A stretch of 57,164 bases of DNA from a virus (lineage: Duplodnaviria; Caudoviricetes), in the IMG/VR virus record IMGVR_UViG_3300004369_000017, positions 1-57,164 of that record. One strand, given 5' to 3'. The position numbers and the translations under genes were made by a program. This document shows positions 38,563 through 48,465 of the stretch, in pieces; positions within the stretch are counted from its first letter, which is position 1; each line of letters starts with the position of its first letter. The notes below the pieces were generated by a model that worked only from the letters and a program-made list of their open reading frames with translations, was not told the DNA's origin and ran no database searches.

Positions 38563-39573
38563 TTAGAATGAGCCGATGATAATACGACGGTTGTCAAGAA
38601 CGCCGAATCCCATTTCGGCCCAGCCGTAAAAACCAACACGTTGCTGGCGATGCATAGCAGGGTCTTCGAAGATTTCAACTTCTTGCTTCACTGGCATAAC
38701 GAATGCGTCAGTAGACGATTGATCAAGACCAACTACAATTTCAGCATCGTTGGTTTGAACGTCTCCGTCCAGACCTTCTGAAGATTCGTAGAATGTTTGA
38801 TACTCTTGACCTTCGCCAAGCTCATCCAAGTCATGCAGGTTAACACCAAAGATACGTGTAATTGGAGCACCATTCTCAGGAGCATTGTAAATGCTAACAC
38901 GAACAGCATCTGGAACTTGATCCAGACCCCAGTTACGTACATCTTCCAGAGCTTCTGGAGAAACATACAAGTCAGTCAGGCGGCCACGATTAGATGATCC
39001 AGTGTTACCACCAGAGTTACGTCGCATGACTGTCTGCATAAGAGAAACTAGTCTTTTAGTGAACATTCCTTCTGGAGCTACACCGTCGAAAACAACAATG
39101 TTGCGGTCTACAGCAGACGCTAGAAGCGTGTGCCAACCACTATCATTAATCTTCTTGGTGAAACCAGCTTCCATAACCTGCATAGCACGTGCAGCGATAT
39201 CCCAACGGGCTTCTCGTGCATATCGAAGCAGATAGTCAATAGATGAAGCAATCCCGAAGGTTGGAATCATCACGTAACCAGACTCGACGCTACGCTCAGG
39301 AATTCGACCATGCCCCGGATTGGTGTAAGCGACGTGCTCACCCTCAAGTCCCGGAGGAATCAAGTCGAGTGGATATTCTGTAGAGCCACCCGGCTCAACA
39401 GTAAAGGTTTCGAAAATATTACCGAGAATGTCACCAACCAGAACGCCTTTACGTAGCGGCAATTCAAGAGCTTTGGCAAATTCTCTTTGAGCTGCTTGTG
39501 CAACTCCCAAATCTTGACTACCCGACTTACGAAGCATGTCAATAAAACTTTCATCAGGTCTTTTAAGAGCCAT
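38563..39573 (-). CDS. Major capsid protein (HK97-like fold inferred)
   Basis: 336 aa with a strong AAGGAG RBS, after protease/scaffold and decoration genes and followed by a terminator. C-terminal 'GFYGWAEMGFGVLD' is capsid-like. Confidence 0.85.
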   Translation of the reverse strand: MALKRPDESFIDMLRKSGSQDLGVAQAAQREFAKALELPLRKGVLVGDILGNIFETFTVEPGGSTEYPLDLIPPGLEGEHVAYTNPGHGRIPERSVESGYVMIPTFGIASSIDYLLRYAREARWDIAARAMQVMEAGFTKKINDSGWHTLLASAVDRNIVVFDGVAPEGMFTKRLVSLMQTVMRRNSGGNTGSSNRGRLTDLYVSPEALEDVRNWGLDQVPDAVRVSIYNAPENGAPITRIFGVNLHDLDELGEGQEYQTFYESSEGLDGDVQTNDAEIVVGLDQSSTDAFVMPVKQEVEIFEDPAMHRQQRVGFYGWAEMGFGVLDNRRIIIGSF

Positions 39574-39598
39574 TATGTATTCTCCTTATCTTTCTTGA

Positions 39599-40078
39599 TT
39601 ACTGAGGCAGGTTAACAGACACTTTGGCGTAGCCGTCAGCGTCTTTGTTAGTGTCGAAACGACCAACACGAAGGTTACCAGATGCTTCAGCATCATCGGC
39701 GGTGTTCGTTAGGTTTCCAGCAGTTGCTGAGTCGGCGTATGCTGGGTCACCCGGAGCTGGAGTACCAGTAATCTTGTTGGTAACAACATAGCCTTCTGTT
39801 AGAATTGTAACCTTACCATTCAGAGGTACTTCATTCTTGTAGATGTCCAAATGGGTCTGGGTTTGATCTTTGTCAACAACATCGTTAAGAAGGATTCCTC
39901 GAACAACGTCAGAAGGAGTCGCTTGCTTATATTTCACTTTGTTAGCGGCTTGGTCCATTGCTGCACCAGAAGCGTTTACGTTGTCAAGAACAACAACACC
40001 GCCTCTTGTAACTGCTCCAGCACTGTAAAAGTGGCTAATATCAGTTGCCTTTTCGTATCTATCTGCTTTTAGAGCCAT
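39599..40078 (-). CDS. Capsid decoration/cement protein
   Basis: 159 aa between the scaffold and capsid genes, with a strong RBS. Small-residue beta-tulip-like pattern ('GIL...V.....G.V.I...G.V'). Confidence 0.7.
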   Translation of the reverse strand: MALKADRYEKATDISHFYSAGAVTRGGVVVLDNVNASGAAMDQAANKVKYKQATPSDVVRGILLNDVVDKDQTQTHLDIYKNEVPLNGKVTILTEGYVVTNKITGTPAPGDPAYADSATAGNLTNTADDAEASGNLRVGRFDTNKDADGYAKVSVNLPQ

Positions 40079-40116
40079 TTTTTATTTCTCCTTATTGGAA
40101 AATGTTTCGTTAATTA

Positions 40117-41547
40117 TTACTGAGCCACAACAGTTGACTTGAGCACACTTGACTCAATCCAGCTTGCCATGCTTTTGCGTGTAGCCATCAATTCTTCAGC
40201 AACGTCTTGGTTTTCAATAACAAGAGAGGCTTCAGATGACTCTACATCATCAAAGACTTCAGAAGCATCGGCTTCATCTTCTTTTTCGTCAGAAGCTTCT
40301 GACTCATCTTTTTTGTCGTCCTTCTTGCCCTTCTTTTCGAACTTATTGAAGGTGGCAACTACAGCCTTGAAAGCATTGTCATCAAGTGATGCAAAGGCTT
40401 CCACGTTTGCTTCTGCGGTTTCATCATCACAGCCAGCTTGAACAAGCTGAGCAAAACGATCAGCTTTCTTCTCTCGCTCAGCAATTACTTTTAGCTCAGC
40501 TTTAGAAGCTTCAAGGGCTTCTTTAGTCTCACTAAGTGCAACATTCACTGTTTCAAAAGCTGTCTGAGCTTCTGCATCAGCGGCCTTAAGCACGCCAATC
40601 TCTTCAGTGAGGGCTGCTACAGTGTCTTCAAATTTAGAAATCTTAGCTGCATACTCTTTGTCTTTAGCCTCGATAACTGCCTGCTTAGCGGCTTCTGCTT
40701 CAGCTTTTGCTTCAGCAAGACTAGCCTTAAGCTCATCGATCTGCGATTGCAGAACCTTGTCGTCGCTCATTGTTAATTCTCCTATTGAAAAACCTCTATT
40801 GTTTAGTACAAAGGACTTAGATTTTTGGTTAAGGATTACACTTCTTGGGTTTGCTGGATTAGAAACTAAACCCTTGCCCGAAAAGGAAATTGCTTTAAGG
40901 GATCGTCCTAACTTCCACCCCTCGTACTCACCTTTACCACCATAAGAACGCAGGTGTTTAGTAAGGAAGGAGGTCTCTTCATTTCTCGCGAGCAGGCGAG
41001 TTTCTCCAGAAGCGTTGGTTAGAGCGTAGTCAAAACCAGCGAAGAGACATTCCATAGACACAAACCATTTCCCGTCAGCAATTTCTGCGAGAATTGTGTC
41101 CATTCTATTTACATTTTTAGCTTCAGTCCAACTATTGTAGATTACAGCGCGAGTGATAATATCAAATTGCTCTGGAGCTGTCTCTATTGAATCTGAAATG
41201 GTGTTGCCATTATTGTCTACAACATAGCAACTGGTAATATGCCCGATGATATCATTTTCATCATGCATGAAGTTAAACTGTTTATCTTCAGGTGTTTTCC
41301 TTGCGGCCCACGTAGCTTCAGGAACAAACACGTCATCATTCTTATTCCAACCAGTAGATACAAGTACTGACTCTAGGTAGTACAGGTCAAACTGGTCTTT
41401 GTTTTCAGCGAGTACTTTAATTTCTGGTGTTACGGCTGGTTTATCTGCAACCGCGACAGAGGAACAGTAAGCTACTGAAGCTTGCGACTTCACGGCTTCG
41501 GCTACACCATCATTAATTTCGCTTTGAAAGACTTGGATTGTATTCAT
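40117..41547 (-). CDS. Prohead protease with C-terminal scaffold-like coiled coil
   Basis: 'NKNDDVF...FNFMHDENDIIGHI...WFVSMEC...FSGKGLVSNPANPRS' protease motifs, then an Ala/Glu/Lys coiled coil. Start moved to ATG 41547 (GAGGTG RBS). Confidence 0.8.
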   Translation of the reverse strand: MNTIQVFQSEINDGVAEAVKSQASVAYCSSVAVADKPAVTPEIKVLAENKDQFDLYYLESVLVSTGWNKNDDVFVPEATWAARKTPEDKQFNFMHDENDIIGHITSCYVVDNNGNTISDSIETAPEQFDIITRAVIYNSWTEAKNVNRMDTILAEIADGKWFVSMECLFAGFDYALTNASGETRLLARNEETSFLTKHLRSYGGKGEYEGWKLGRSLKAISFSGKGLVSNPANPRSVILNQKSKSFVLNNRGFSIGELTMSDDKVLQSQIDELKASLAEAKAEAEAAKQAVIEAKDKEYAAKISKFEDTVAALTEEIGVLKAADAEAQTAFETVNVALSETKEALEASKAELKVIAEREKKADRFAQLVQAGCDDETAEANVEAFASLDDNAFKAVVATFNKFEKKGKKDDKKDESEASDEKEDEADASEVFDDVESSEASLVIENQDVAEELMATRKSMASWIESSVLKSTVVAQ

Positions 41548-41563
41548 AAATTCACCTCTACTA

Positions 41564-41580
41564 TAAGTATACACAAAAAA
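41564..41580 (-). promoter_or_regulatory. Putative late promoter motif TTTTTTGTGTATA
   Basis: Intergenic, about 20 bp upstream of the protease start. Confidence 0.6.
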
Positions 41581-41596
41581 GTAGTAATTTCAAAAA

Positions 41597-43699
41597 TTAA
41601 CTATTTTCTTCGAAGATGAATTCTAAATAACATCCAAGCATACACTTTTTATAATCGCCAACACTCATCTTTTCAATGGAGATATCACGATCATTTAATA
41701 GGTTATTGAACTCTGATGAATAAGAAACTCCAGATCTCAACAGATTTATTACTAAGCTATCGTCCACCTTAGCCATTAACGGGCAGGCACACAATATGTC
41801 AATTTTGATATTTTCAAGCTCTGAATTTTGAGCCTTGGTTAATTGACGTAAGTTCTTTTTACCACAATTGTGTAGAAATGCATTATTAGTAATCAGAGAG
41901 ATATTATCAAACGCGTCCTGTAACCAAACTACAGTCTCGGCAACACCCGGTTTTTTACGTGGGGTATCAACTCTTTTCTTGCGTTTACTTTGATCTGTAG
42001 CCTGTTTAGGTCTGCCACCACTTGGATTACCCTTCTTCTTAGTTTGCCCCATAGGGCCAGTGGGTTTGTTAGGGTCTGAAGGAAGTAACAGTTTATCAGG
42101 AACTGTAGTATCTATACCAACATCAGTAGGCTTCACCTTTCCAGACTGTAGAGCGATTTTCTGTAGCTCATGCTCAGTCTGCGGGTTGTGATAAGGACTG
42201 GCTTTCTCTGGAGACTTACCTTCTTCACGCATCTTTCTCTCTCTCTGAAGGCGAATCTTTTCAATCCCCGGCATTTCCTTGAATCTCTCTAGCACTGTTT
42301 CATGGCTTATGATATCTCTATCCGCCAACTGTAAGAGAAGGCTTTTCTCAGATGAGTCGTCTGCAAGAGACATTTGATCGAAAGTAATATGAGCTGGCTT
42401 ACGGAAACCCATAGCCCTACGTACTATTTCTATCTCTTGTTCCCAGAAAGTATTAAGAAGAGATCGACCATACTGCAATCTTTCAACTAAAGTCTTTAGG
42501 GATATGAAGTTATTAGTGAAACCACCACTTTGCCCAGCCATACCAGTAAGAGTTGGTGGAACCCCCAATCCTGCGTAAATACTATTTAACACAGAGCTGT
42601 ATTTCTCAGAACCAAGAAATTTGTACACCTGACTATTAGATTCTGTATATGTTAGCTCTGGACCCCACACTAGTTCCATAGTTCCGCCATTGGAAATATT
42701 AGCCAGAGCGTCACGAACTCTGTTGATACCAGCCTTAGTTGGAAGAACTCTATATTCAAAGTTACCAACGGTCCATAGTCTTACGTTAGAGATAGCTCCA
42801 TCTAAAGCAGATAAGTCTGCTAACCTCATTTTCTCAAGCATGATAATATCATCAAGAATAGCGTATATCATGGGATTGGCCCATTGATCCCAATCGTCTT
42901 TTTTGTAATGAAATATACACATCTTGGATGAATCAAGGGCCACGGTCCTGCCACCCTGCTCAATCGCCTTCTTCACCTCTGGAGGCAGGGTTTCTGAATA
43001 CTGCTGTGGAATCTCAGCATTCTTGAATTTATCTACAAAGGGGGAGATGTTGAGACTATGAGACCTTTTCCCAGCGAACATACTCATAACACCATCACGC
43101 ACTTCAACGGATAGTGGATTAAAGAAGTTATATCTCCAAGGAATTGTAGACTCATCGAACTTGGGAACTTCCACTTTAATGTCAGATGCCATTGATCGAA
43201 TATATTGTTTAACCGCTGGGGTGATGCTAGCGGAGCTTCGATAGATAATTACATTGCCACACTTGTATAGTGTGTTAAGGAAACGCTCTGAACGCTCTTT
43301 ACCGGATATCTTCTTAAACCATTGCTTGTAAAACTTCTCAACGCTCTTGTCTTCATGTACGATGGATATGCCTTGGCTTCCGAAATCCCCCATCAAATCA
43401 ATTACATTCCGAATGATTCCAACTTTGTTGTAGGCATCCATACACATCCTTAAAGACTCACGATAAACAGTGGGAATATTCTCAGAGGGGCGATAACCTG
43501 AGTAGTCGCTTCTATTAAAACTAGAACGAACAGAAACATTAGGTTGGACACCAATAAAGCTTCTATTCGCTTGAGTTTTGTTGATATTACCATAAGATTC
43601 TGAAGACTCAGAGTATGTAGCAAAAGCAGCTTCTCTGGATGAAGAATCGTCGTTTTTCCAAGTTACTAAATTAGCGTTTGATCGTTCTGTAGTTTCCAT
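41597..43699 (-). CDS. Portal protein
   Basis: Between terminase and protease. 'YNKVGIIRNVIDLMGDF', 'IFHYKKDDWDQWANP', 'IYAGLGVPPTL'. Start moved to ATG 43699 (GAGGT RBS). Confidence 0.85.
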   Translation of the reverse strand: METTERSNANLVTWKNDDSSSREAAFATYSESSESYGNINKTQANRSFIGVQPNVSVRSSFNRSDYSGYRPSENIPTVYRESLRMCMDAYNKVGIIRNVIDLMGDFGSQGISIVHEDKSVEKFYKQWFKKISGKERSERFLNTLYKCGNVIIYRSSASITPAVKQYIRSMASDIKVEVPKFDESTIPWRYNFFNPLSVEVRDGVMSMFAGKRSHSLNISPFVDKFKNAEIPQQYSETLPPEVKKAIEQGGRTVALDSSKMCIFHYKKDDWDQWANPMIYAILDDIIMLEKMRLADLSALDGAISNVRLWTVGNFEYRVLPTKAGINRVRDALANISNGGTMELVWGPELTYTESNSQVYKFLGSEKYSSVLNSIYAGLGVPPTLTGMAGQSGGFTNNFISLKTLVERLQYGRSLLNTFWEQEIEIVRRAMGFRKPAHITFDQMSLADDSSEKSLLLQLADRDIISHETVLERFKEMPGIEKIRLQRERKMREEGKSPEKASPYHNPQTEHELQKIALQSGKVKPTDVGIDTTVPDKLLLPSDPNKPTGPMGQTKKKGNPSGGRPKQATDQSKRKKRVDTPRKKPGVAETVVWLQDAFDNISLITNNAFLHNCGKKNLRQLTKAQNSELENIKIDILCACPLMAKVDDSLVINLLRSGVSYSSEFNNLLNDRDISIEKMSVGDYKKCMLGCYLEFIFEENS

Positions 43700-43752
43700 G
43701 TGTACCTCGACATTCGGAATGTAATTAGTAATGTCTGAGGTTTTATACACAA

Positions 43753-45741
43753 TTAATCGTAAATACCTTCCATTGCCTCAGTAAACCAAGATGGCCCTGT
43801 GTAGTTACAAAGGTCTTCTACTCCCGGCATTGTCTCTGATCCAGCAAAACCGCCATAGAATTCATAGTCCGCAACATCTGGCGTTCTTTCCATTACTCTA
43901 GCAGCCATGTTTGCCATGATAAGAGCTGAATAACGGTCCTTTCTCATACGATCCTTCTTGCCGACAGCAACTACCGTTTCAGGCACATCCCACCTATCTC
44001 GTCCAGCGACAGTTTGAGTCATTTGAATGATGGATAGCTCATCCTTTAAATCTTCTATCTCCATAAAGCATTCTTCCAAAGTGTCATACATGCGGCCTTT
44101 GAATGAGTCTTCAACATTAGACAAGCCAAAGGACACGCCGTCAAATGCTGGGAATAATGTGGTTCTATCTTCAAAGTCTTTTCTTAAGCCGTGATTTGCT
44201 TCTGCTAGCCAGTCTGCTTTTGCAAATTGGCATAACTCAAGAATATGAAGACCTTTGTTTCCATCTGTATCCTTTTCTTTATCTAGATCAATAGTAGGCC
44301 AAATTGGAAGTTCTCCCTCTTTTATCTTATCTTGATCATGCAGAGCCTCTGATACAGCAATGCCGCCCCCCTGTGCATCCATAGCTATATGAACACATGG
44401 AAACCTTTGCATTAAATCACGTATCTTACGAGCACAGTACGAATAAAAATCAGTCTCGCTTACATACCCCTTCTTAACACGGTCTTTGTGTTCTGACCTA
44501 TTAGTCGTCCAACAGTGAACTATACGTCTATGATCAGAATTTACTTCAATAATTACGATACTGAAATTGTCAACTTCAGAAGCTGGGTCGATACCAAAAA
44601 CATATTTTTTCTCACTATGGCCAATAAGCTTTGGGTTGAACATGATGATTTCACCATTGCTGTCTAAGATAGGGTCTTCTTCGTTACAGACACAAGACTC
44701 AATCAATGATCTCTTAAAGAACCCTTGAGAATCTCTTGTAAATGTAGCCCCATATTCCATCTGGTAAATTCCTGAGTGAACAGTGGCCTTAGATCGAGCA
44801 ACCTGTGCCGCGTCCATAAATCCTTCTGGAAGGAGTTCGTAAGGGATTCGAATAATAGAGTACTCATTCCACTTGAAGTCTTTTGGAACCTCTTCTCCAC
44901 CGAAAATCTCCTGTAATCTGTCTGGATGCCCACCACTTCTAATAAACGACTTCCATCGTTTCCAGTACGTAGCAAAGTGATTGAAGTCATAGTAAGCGGT
45001 TCCAGAAAGTATAATTTGATTATGTTTAGCTCCTACAGAGTTGTCTGTATCCTGCTCAATGATAATTCCCATTTCTTTAGCTTTTTTCTGAGCCGCAATC
45101 CTTTTCACGTTTCCAATAGGATCAGCACTGACAGCCGCAAAACCAGCAACAACAGTTTCAAAAATATCTCTGGGAATAGAAGCAAACTCGTCACTGATAA
45201 TATCATTGGCACGTTGACCACGAATTTTTTGACCATCACCTAATGGTAAACAGGTAACTCTACTTTCGTTGATTCTTAGAACGCATCTGTCCATTTCCCG
45301 ACGTGGACCACTATTTTCACTGCACATACTTCTGAGCATAGGAGCATTATTCCACACTGTTTCCATATACTCAAACAGCACTTTAGACTGACGGAAAGCA
45401 GCTCCAACAATAACCACCTTACGCTTTGGGAGTATCAAGGCTCTAAGGATAGCATACAAAGCCAGCATGAATGACTTACCAAAACCACGAGAGGCAATCA
45501 ACATAGGAAAACGCCTATTCCACATCTCATGCAAAATCACCGCTTGAGAAGGAAGAATCTGAATATTCAAGACGTGCTTACATAAAAAAGAGAAATACTC
45601 AGGGCGAGTCATTAGGTAAATGAGCTTTAAGTGATATTCAGAGTCGTCAGCTTTGATAATACTTGTAGGGTTGAATAGCTCTTTATCTTGAAAATCTATA
45701 CCAAGCCAAGCATCTTCTATTGATTTTAGTTCTAAGCTCAT
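43753..45741 (-). CDS. terL: Terminase large subunit
   Basis: Walker A 'ASRGFGKS', Walker B 'RGQRANDIISDEF', RNase H-like 'FGIDPA' and C-terminal 'KDRYSA'. Confidence 0.95.
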   Translation of the reverse strand: MSLELKSIEDAWLGIDFQDKELFNPTSIIKADDSEYHLKLIYLMTRPEYFSFLCKHVLNIQILPSQAVILHEMWNRRFPMLIASRGFGKSFMLALYAILRALILPKRKVVIVGAAFRQSKVLFEYMETVWNNAPMLRSMCSENSGPRREMDRCVLRINESRVTCLPLGDGQKIRGQRANDIISDEFASIPRDIFETVVAGFAAVSADPIGNVKRIAAQKKAKEMGIIIEQDTDNSVGAKHNQIILSGTAYYDFNHFATYWKRWKSFIRSGGHPDRLQEIFGGEEVPKDFKWNEYSIIRIPYELLPEGFMDAAQVARSKATVHSGIYQMEYGATFTRDSQGFFKRSLIESCVCNEEDPILDSNGEIIMFNPKLIGHSEKKYVFGIDPASEVDNFSIVIIEVNSDHRRIVHCWTTNRSEHKDRVKKGYVSETDFYSYCARKIRDLMQRFPCVHIAMDAQGGGIAVSEALHDQDKIKEGELPIWPTIDLDKEKDTDGNKGLHILELCQFAKADWLAEANHGLRKDFEDRTTLFPAFDGVSFGLSNVEDSFKGRMYDTLEECFMEIEDLKDELSIIQMTQTVAGRDRWDVPETVVAVGKKDRMRKDRYSALIMANMAARVMERTPDVADYEFYGGFAGSETMPGVEDLCNYTGPSWFTEAMEGIYD

Positions 45742-46343
45742 TTAACAACCTCATCAGCAAAACCGTAATAAACAATCTCGTCCCCAAACATATACCAATC
45801 GCCATCTTTCATTTTTCTCCTTAGGAAGCTTTTCACTTGTCGCTCTGTAGGGATACCGTATTTATCCTTAGCCCATTTGCTTTTCAGCATTTTTTCGACA
45901 TATATGTCAACCATTTGATCTACAATGGTTTTCTGCCACTGTGAAGTAGTTTGCATGGTCTGATAATCACCGTCAAAATAACAGCTACCGTAATGACACA
46001 TGAAGTAAGAATACTTAGACACCACTCTATGATCGGCGGATTGTAGGATTACACTACTCATTGACTCAGCTTGGCCACGAACTCTGATTGTAACAGGAGC
46101 TTTTGATTCTCTGATAGCTTCAAAGATAATCATTCCAGCAGACCATTCACCTCCAATGAGACTCATCTCCACAGTAATAGGAAGCTTTCCTCCAGTATTC
46201 AGAATGTGGATGTTTTTCAAAAAAGTATCCGCTACTCTATGCTCTACGCCAGCATCCACTCCACTATCATCATGAGATTGGAGGTAGATGACTCTGTTAT
46301 CGACATCAATATTGTGATCGTGAATATTGTCAATTGCAGCCAT
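45738..46343 (-). CDS. ClpP-like serine protease
   Basis: 'NRVIYL...PITVEMSLIGGEWSAGMIIFEAI...GQAESMSSVILQ...FMCH...DGDWYM..DE.V.YGFADEV'. The Ser/His/Asp triad positions are present. Confidence 0.88.
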   Translation of the reverse strand: MAAIDNIHDHNIDVDNRVIYLQSHDDSGVDAGVEHRVADTFLKNIHILNTGGKLPITVEMSLIGGEWSAGMIIFEAIRESKAPVTIRVRGQAESMSSVILQSADHRVVSKYSYFMCHYGSCYFDGDYQTMQTTSQWQKTIVDQMVDIYVEKMLKSKWAKDKYGIPTERQVKSFLRRKMKDGDWYMFGDEIVYYGFADEVVK

Positions 46344-46348
46344 TTTCT

Positions 46349-46846
46349 CTATTCCTCGTCTAAAAGGTAAAGTTCAGCCATTCTCTTGAAAATACTGGAT
46401 ATAGTTTTCATAGACGCCATTCTAGAACCACAGAATAATAGGTGTACGCCATACTTGATCTGTATTTCCATTAAAGACTTGAGCATGAACGCTCCCGTCA
46501 TACGTACTTCATTTCTTTTGATATGAGGCACTCTAGAACCGGCGTGATTAGGGAAATCTAACAATTGCTGTAGAGTGAATTCCATTAGAATTATCTTATG
46601 GTCAAATGTCTGCATTCTCTCTATTTCCCTCATAAAGCGAGGCTTCTCTTTTCCAAGATTAATAGCCATTTCTTCTGGAGAAGCTTTTCTCTCAATACAG
46701 AGCTTCTTCTCAAGCCCCCTTAAGGTATAGTCTCCGGTATCTAATTTCTTACACACCATCCCCATACATTTGTACTGATCATTTTTCGAAAATGTGTATC
46801 CATCAGTCTCTCTAGTATCTTTGATAACTATGTAACTCTTAGCCAT
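46349..46846 (-). CDS. ERCC4/XPF-family nuclease
   Basis: 'DTRE...LDTGDYT...IERKAS..E' signature. Confidence 0.85.
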   Translation of the reverse strand: MAKSYIVIKDTRETDGYTFSKNDQYKCMGMVCKKLDTGDYTLRGLEKKLCIERKASPEEMAINLGKEKPRFMREIERMQTFDHKIILMEFTLQQLLDFPNHAGSRVPHIKRNEVRMTGAFMLKSLMEIQIKYGVHLLFCGSRMASMKTISSIFKRMAELYLLDEE

Positions 46847-47108
46847 TTTTATTACCTATTATCTCTAGGAATAGACCCACATAATGTTCTTCGTGGGTAT
46901 TTATTTCTGCGTGACAGTAATAGCACAAGCATATGCCGTTAGATACTTCGTACCTTAAAGAGGGGCATCTAGACCATTTTTGAATGTGGTGAACCTGTAT
47001 TCTTTTACGAGATCCACATCCCGGCATTTGACACCTTTTTCCATCTCGCTTGCGAACAGCTTGTCTCCATTTGGCGTACTCTGGATCATTGTAATTTCTA
47101 CGTGTCAT
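46839..47108 (-). CDS. HNH endonuclease
   Basis: 'WRQAVRKRD...CQMPGC...VHHI...NGICLCYYCH'. Start moved to ATG 47108. Confidence 0.88.
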   Translation of the reverse strand: MTRRNYNDPEYAKWRQAVRKRDGKRCQMPGCGSRKRIQVHHIQKWSRCPSLRYEVSNGICLCYYCHAEINTHEEHYVGLFLEIIGNKNG

Positions 47109-47356
47109 GTTGGAGCAAAAACCTTTATAACTCTGATATCCTGCATCATATCTCTGCACATTAACTTATTCTCTATTGAGTCATCCTGACTTAGGATATG
47201 ATTGATTAGCCTTGAAGTGGCCTGATGACACGCGTCATCTGGGTCTTTAGCTTCGACAAAAATGATAGGTCTCTCAGTTGCATATTCTTTGAGAGAAAAC
47301 TTTTTCAATCTCGACAACGCTAATTGTAAACAAAGCTCGACTTTGTAAATGATCAT
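47105..47356 (-). CDS. Hypothetical protein
   Basis: 83 aa with ATGA overlaps at both ends. Confidence 0.7.
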   Translation of the reverse strand: MIIYKVELCLQLALSRLKKFSLKEYATERPIIFVEAKDPDDACHQATSRLINHILSQDDSIENKLMCRDMMQDIRVIKVFAPT

Positions 47357-48465
47357 TTGATGTCATGCTGAACCATTTTATGGACCAGCTCCTCAAAGGA
47401 ATGCTTAGGGGTCCATCCTAACTGCTCATACGCCTTCCTATTAATCCCTCTCAAGTAATCTACTTCTGCTGGGCGATAGAACTCAGGATCGACAACTACA
47501 TAATTCTGCCATCCTTCCAAGCCCGCTGATTTAAAAGCCGCGTCTAGAAAATCGCGAATTGTATGAGTCTCACCTGTGCAAATGACATAATCATCAGGCT
47601 TTTCCTGTTGAAGCATCATCCACATGGCTTCCACATAGTCTCCTGCGTACCCCCAATCACGAAATGCTTCGAGGTTCCCTAAACGCAGCTTGGGAAATTG
47701 AAAACCCTGCTCTCTATTGAGTCTGCCGGGACAATACAACTCCTCTTTTATATTGCAGCCAATAGATTTTTTTGGATCTATATTGACTTTCTTACACCAT
47801 CTAATATAATCGCCAATCCACTTGGTTATTTTTCTGGTTACGAAATTTTCGCCACGCCTCGGACCTTCATGATTGAACAAAATGCCACTGCTCGCATGAA
47901 CGCCATACGCCTCGCGGAATAATCTAGTCATGTAGTGAGCTGCGCACTTTGCAATAGCATAAGGAGACTGAGGCATAAACTTGGTATCTTCATCTTGGTA
48001 TTTGATTGTTTCTGTAGAAGTTCCGTTAAAAGGAGCTTCCAAGTCAACTGGAACTACCATTTCATCAAAGTTTTTACCAAACATCTCGCTTGAGCTTGCT
48101 TGATAAAACCTGCATTCCAACTTGAGGTCAACAATAGATTGTAGAATGTTTAGATTTCCCTTGCCGGTAATATCCCACGTTAAAGCTGGTTGTTTAAACG
48201 ATATAGCTACATGAGATTGGGCTGCAAGGTTGTAAACTTCAATTGCATCTGAATGCTGCCTCAGAATATTCATGACACTAAACTGATCAGTAATATCACC
48301 ACTAGTCACCATGAAATTTTCAGATTGACATAGATGTGCAATTCTACCCTCGTTATCAGAAGAAGCTCTACGTGCAACTCCTACTACCGTATACCCCTTA
48401 TCTAGTAAAAGTTCTGATAAGTGGCTTCCGTCCTGTCCAGTTACTCCAAAAATAATAGCTTTCAT
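47353..48465 (-). CDS. gmd: GDP-mannose 4,6-dehydratase
   Basis: 'GVTGQDGSHL', 'YNLAAQSHV', 'FYQASSSEMFG', 'PQSPYAIAK', 'GILFNHEGPRRGENFVTRKIT', 'LGNLEAFRDWG'. Confidence 0.96.
   Translation of the reverse strand: MKAIIFGVTGQDGSHLSELLLDKGYTVVGVARRASSDNEGRIAHLCQSENFMVTSGDITDQFSVMNILRQHSDAIEVYNLAAQSHVAISFKQPALTWDITGKGNLNILQSIVDLKLECRFYQASSSEMFGKNFDEMVVPVDLEAPFNGTSTETIKYQDEDTKFMPQSPYAIAKCAAHYMTRLFREAYGVHASSGILFNHEGPRRGENFVTRKITKWIGDYIRWCKKVNIDPKKSIGCNIKEELYCPGRLNREQGFQFPKLRLGNLEAFRDWGYAGDYVEAMWMMLQQEKPDDYVICTGETHTIRDFLDAAFKSAGLEGWQNYVVVDPEFYRPAEVDYLRGINRKAYEQLGWTPKHSFEELVHKMVQHDIK

Noticed and set aside
41548-43750. GTG starts given by the ORF track for the protease (41574) and portal (43750)
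   Set aside because: Both GTGs are part of the GTGTATA motif. Downstream ATGs (41547 and 43699) have proper RBSs.
46839-47108. HNH gene as a mobile intron or homing element
   Set aside because: It is small, free-standing and near terL, which fits a packaging-associated HNH. No interrupted gene flanks it.
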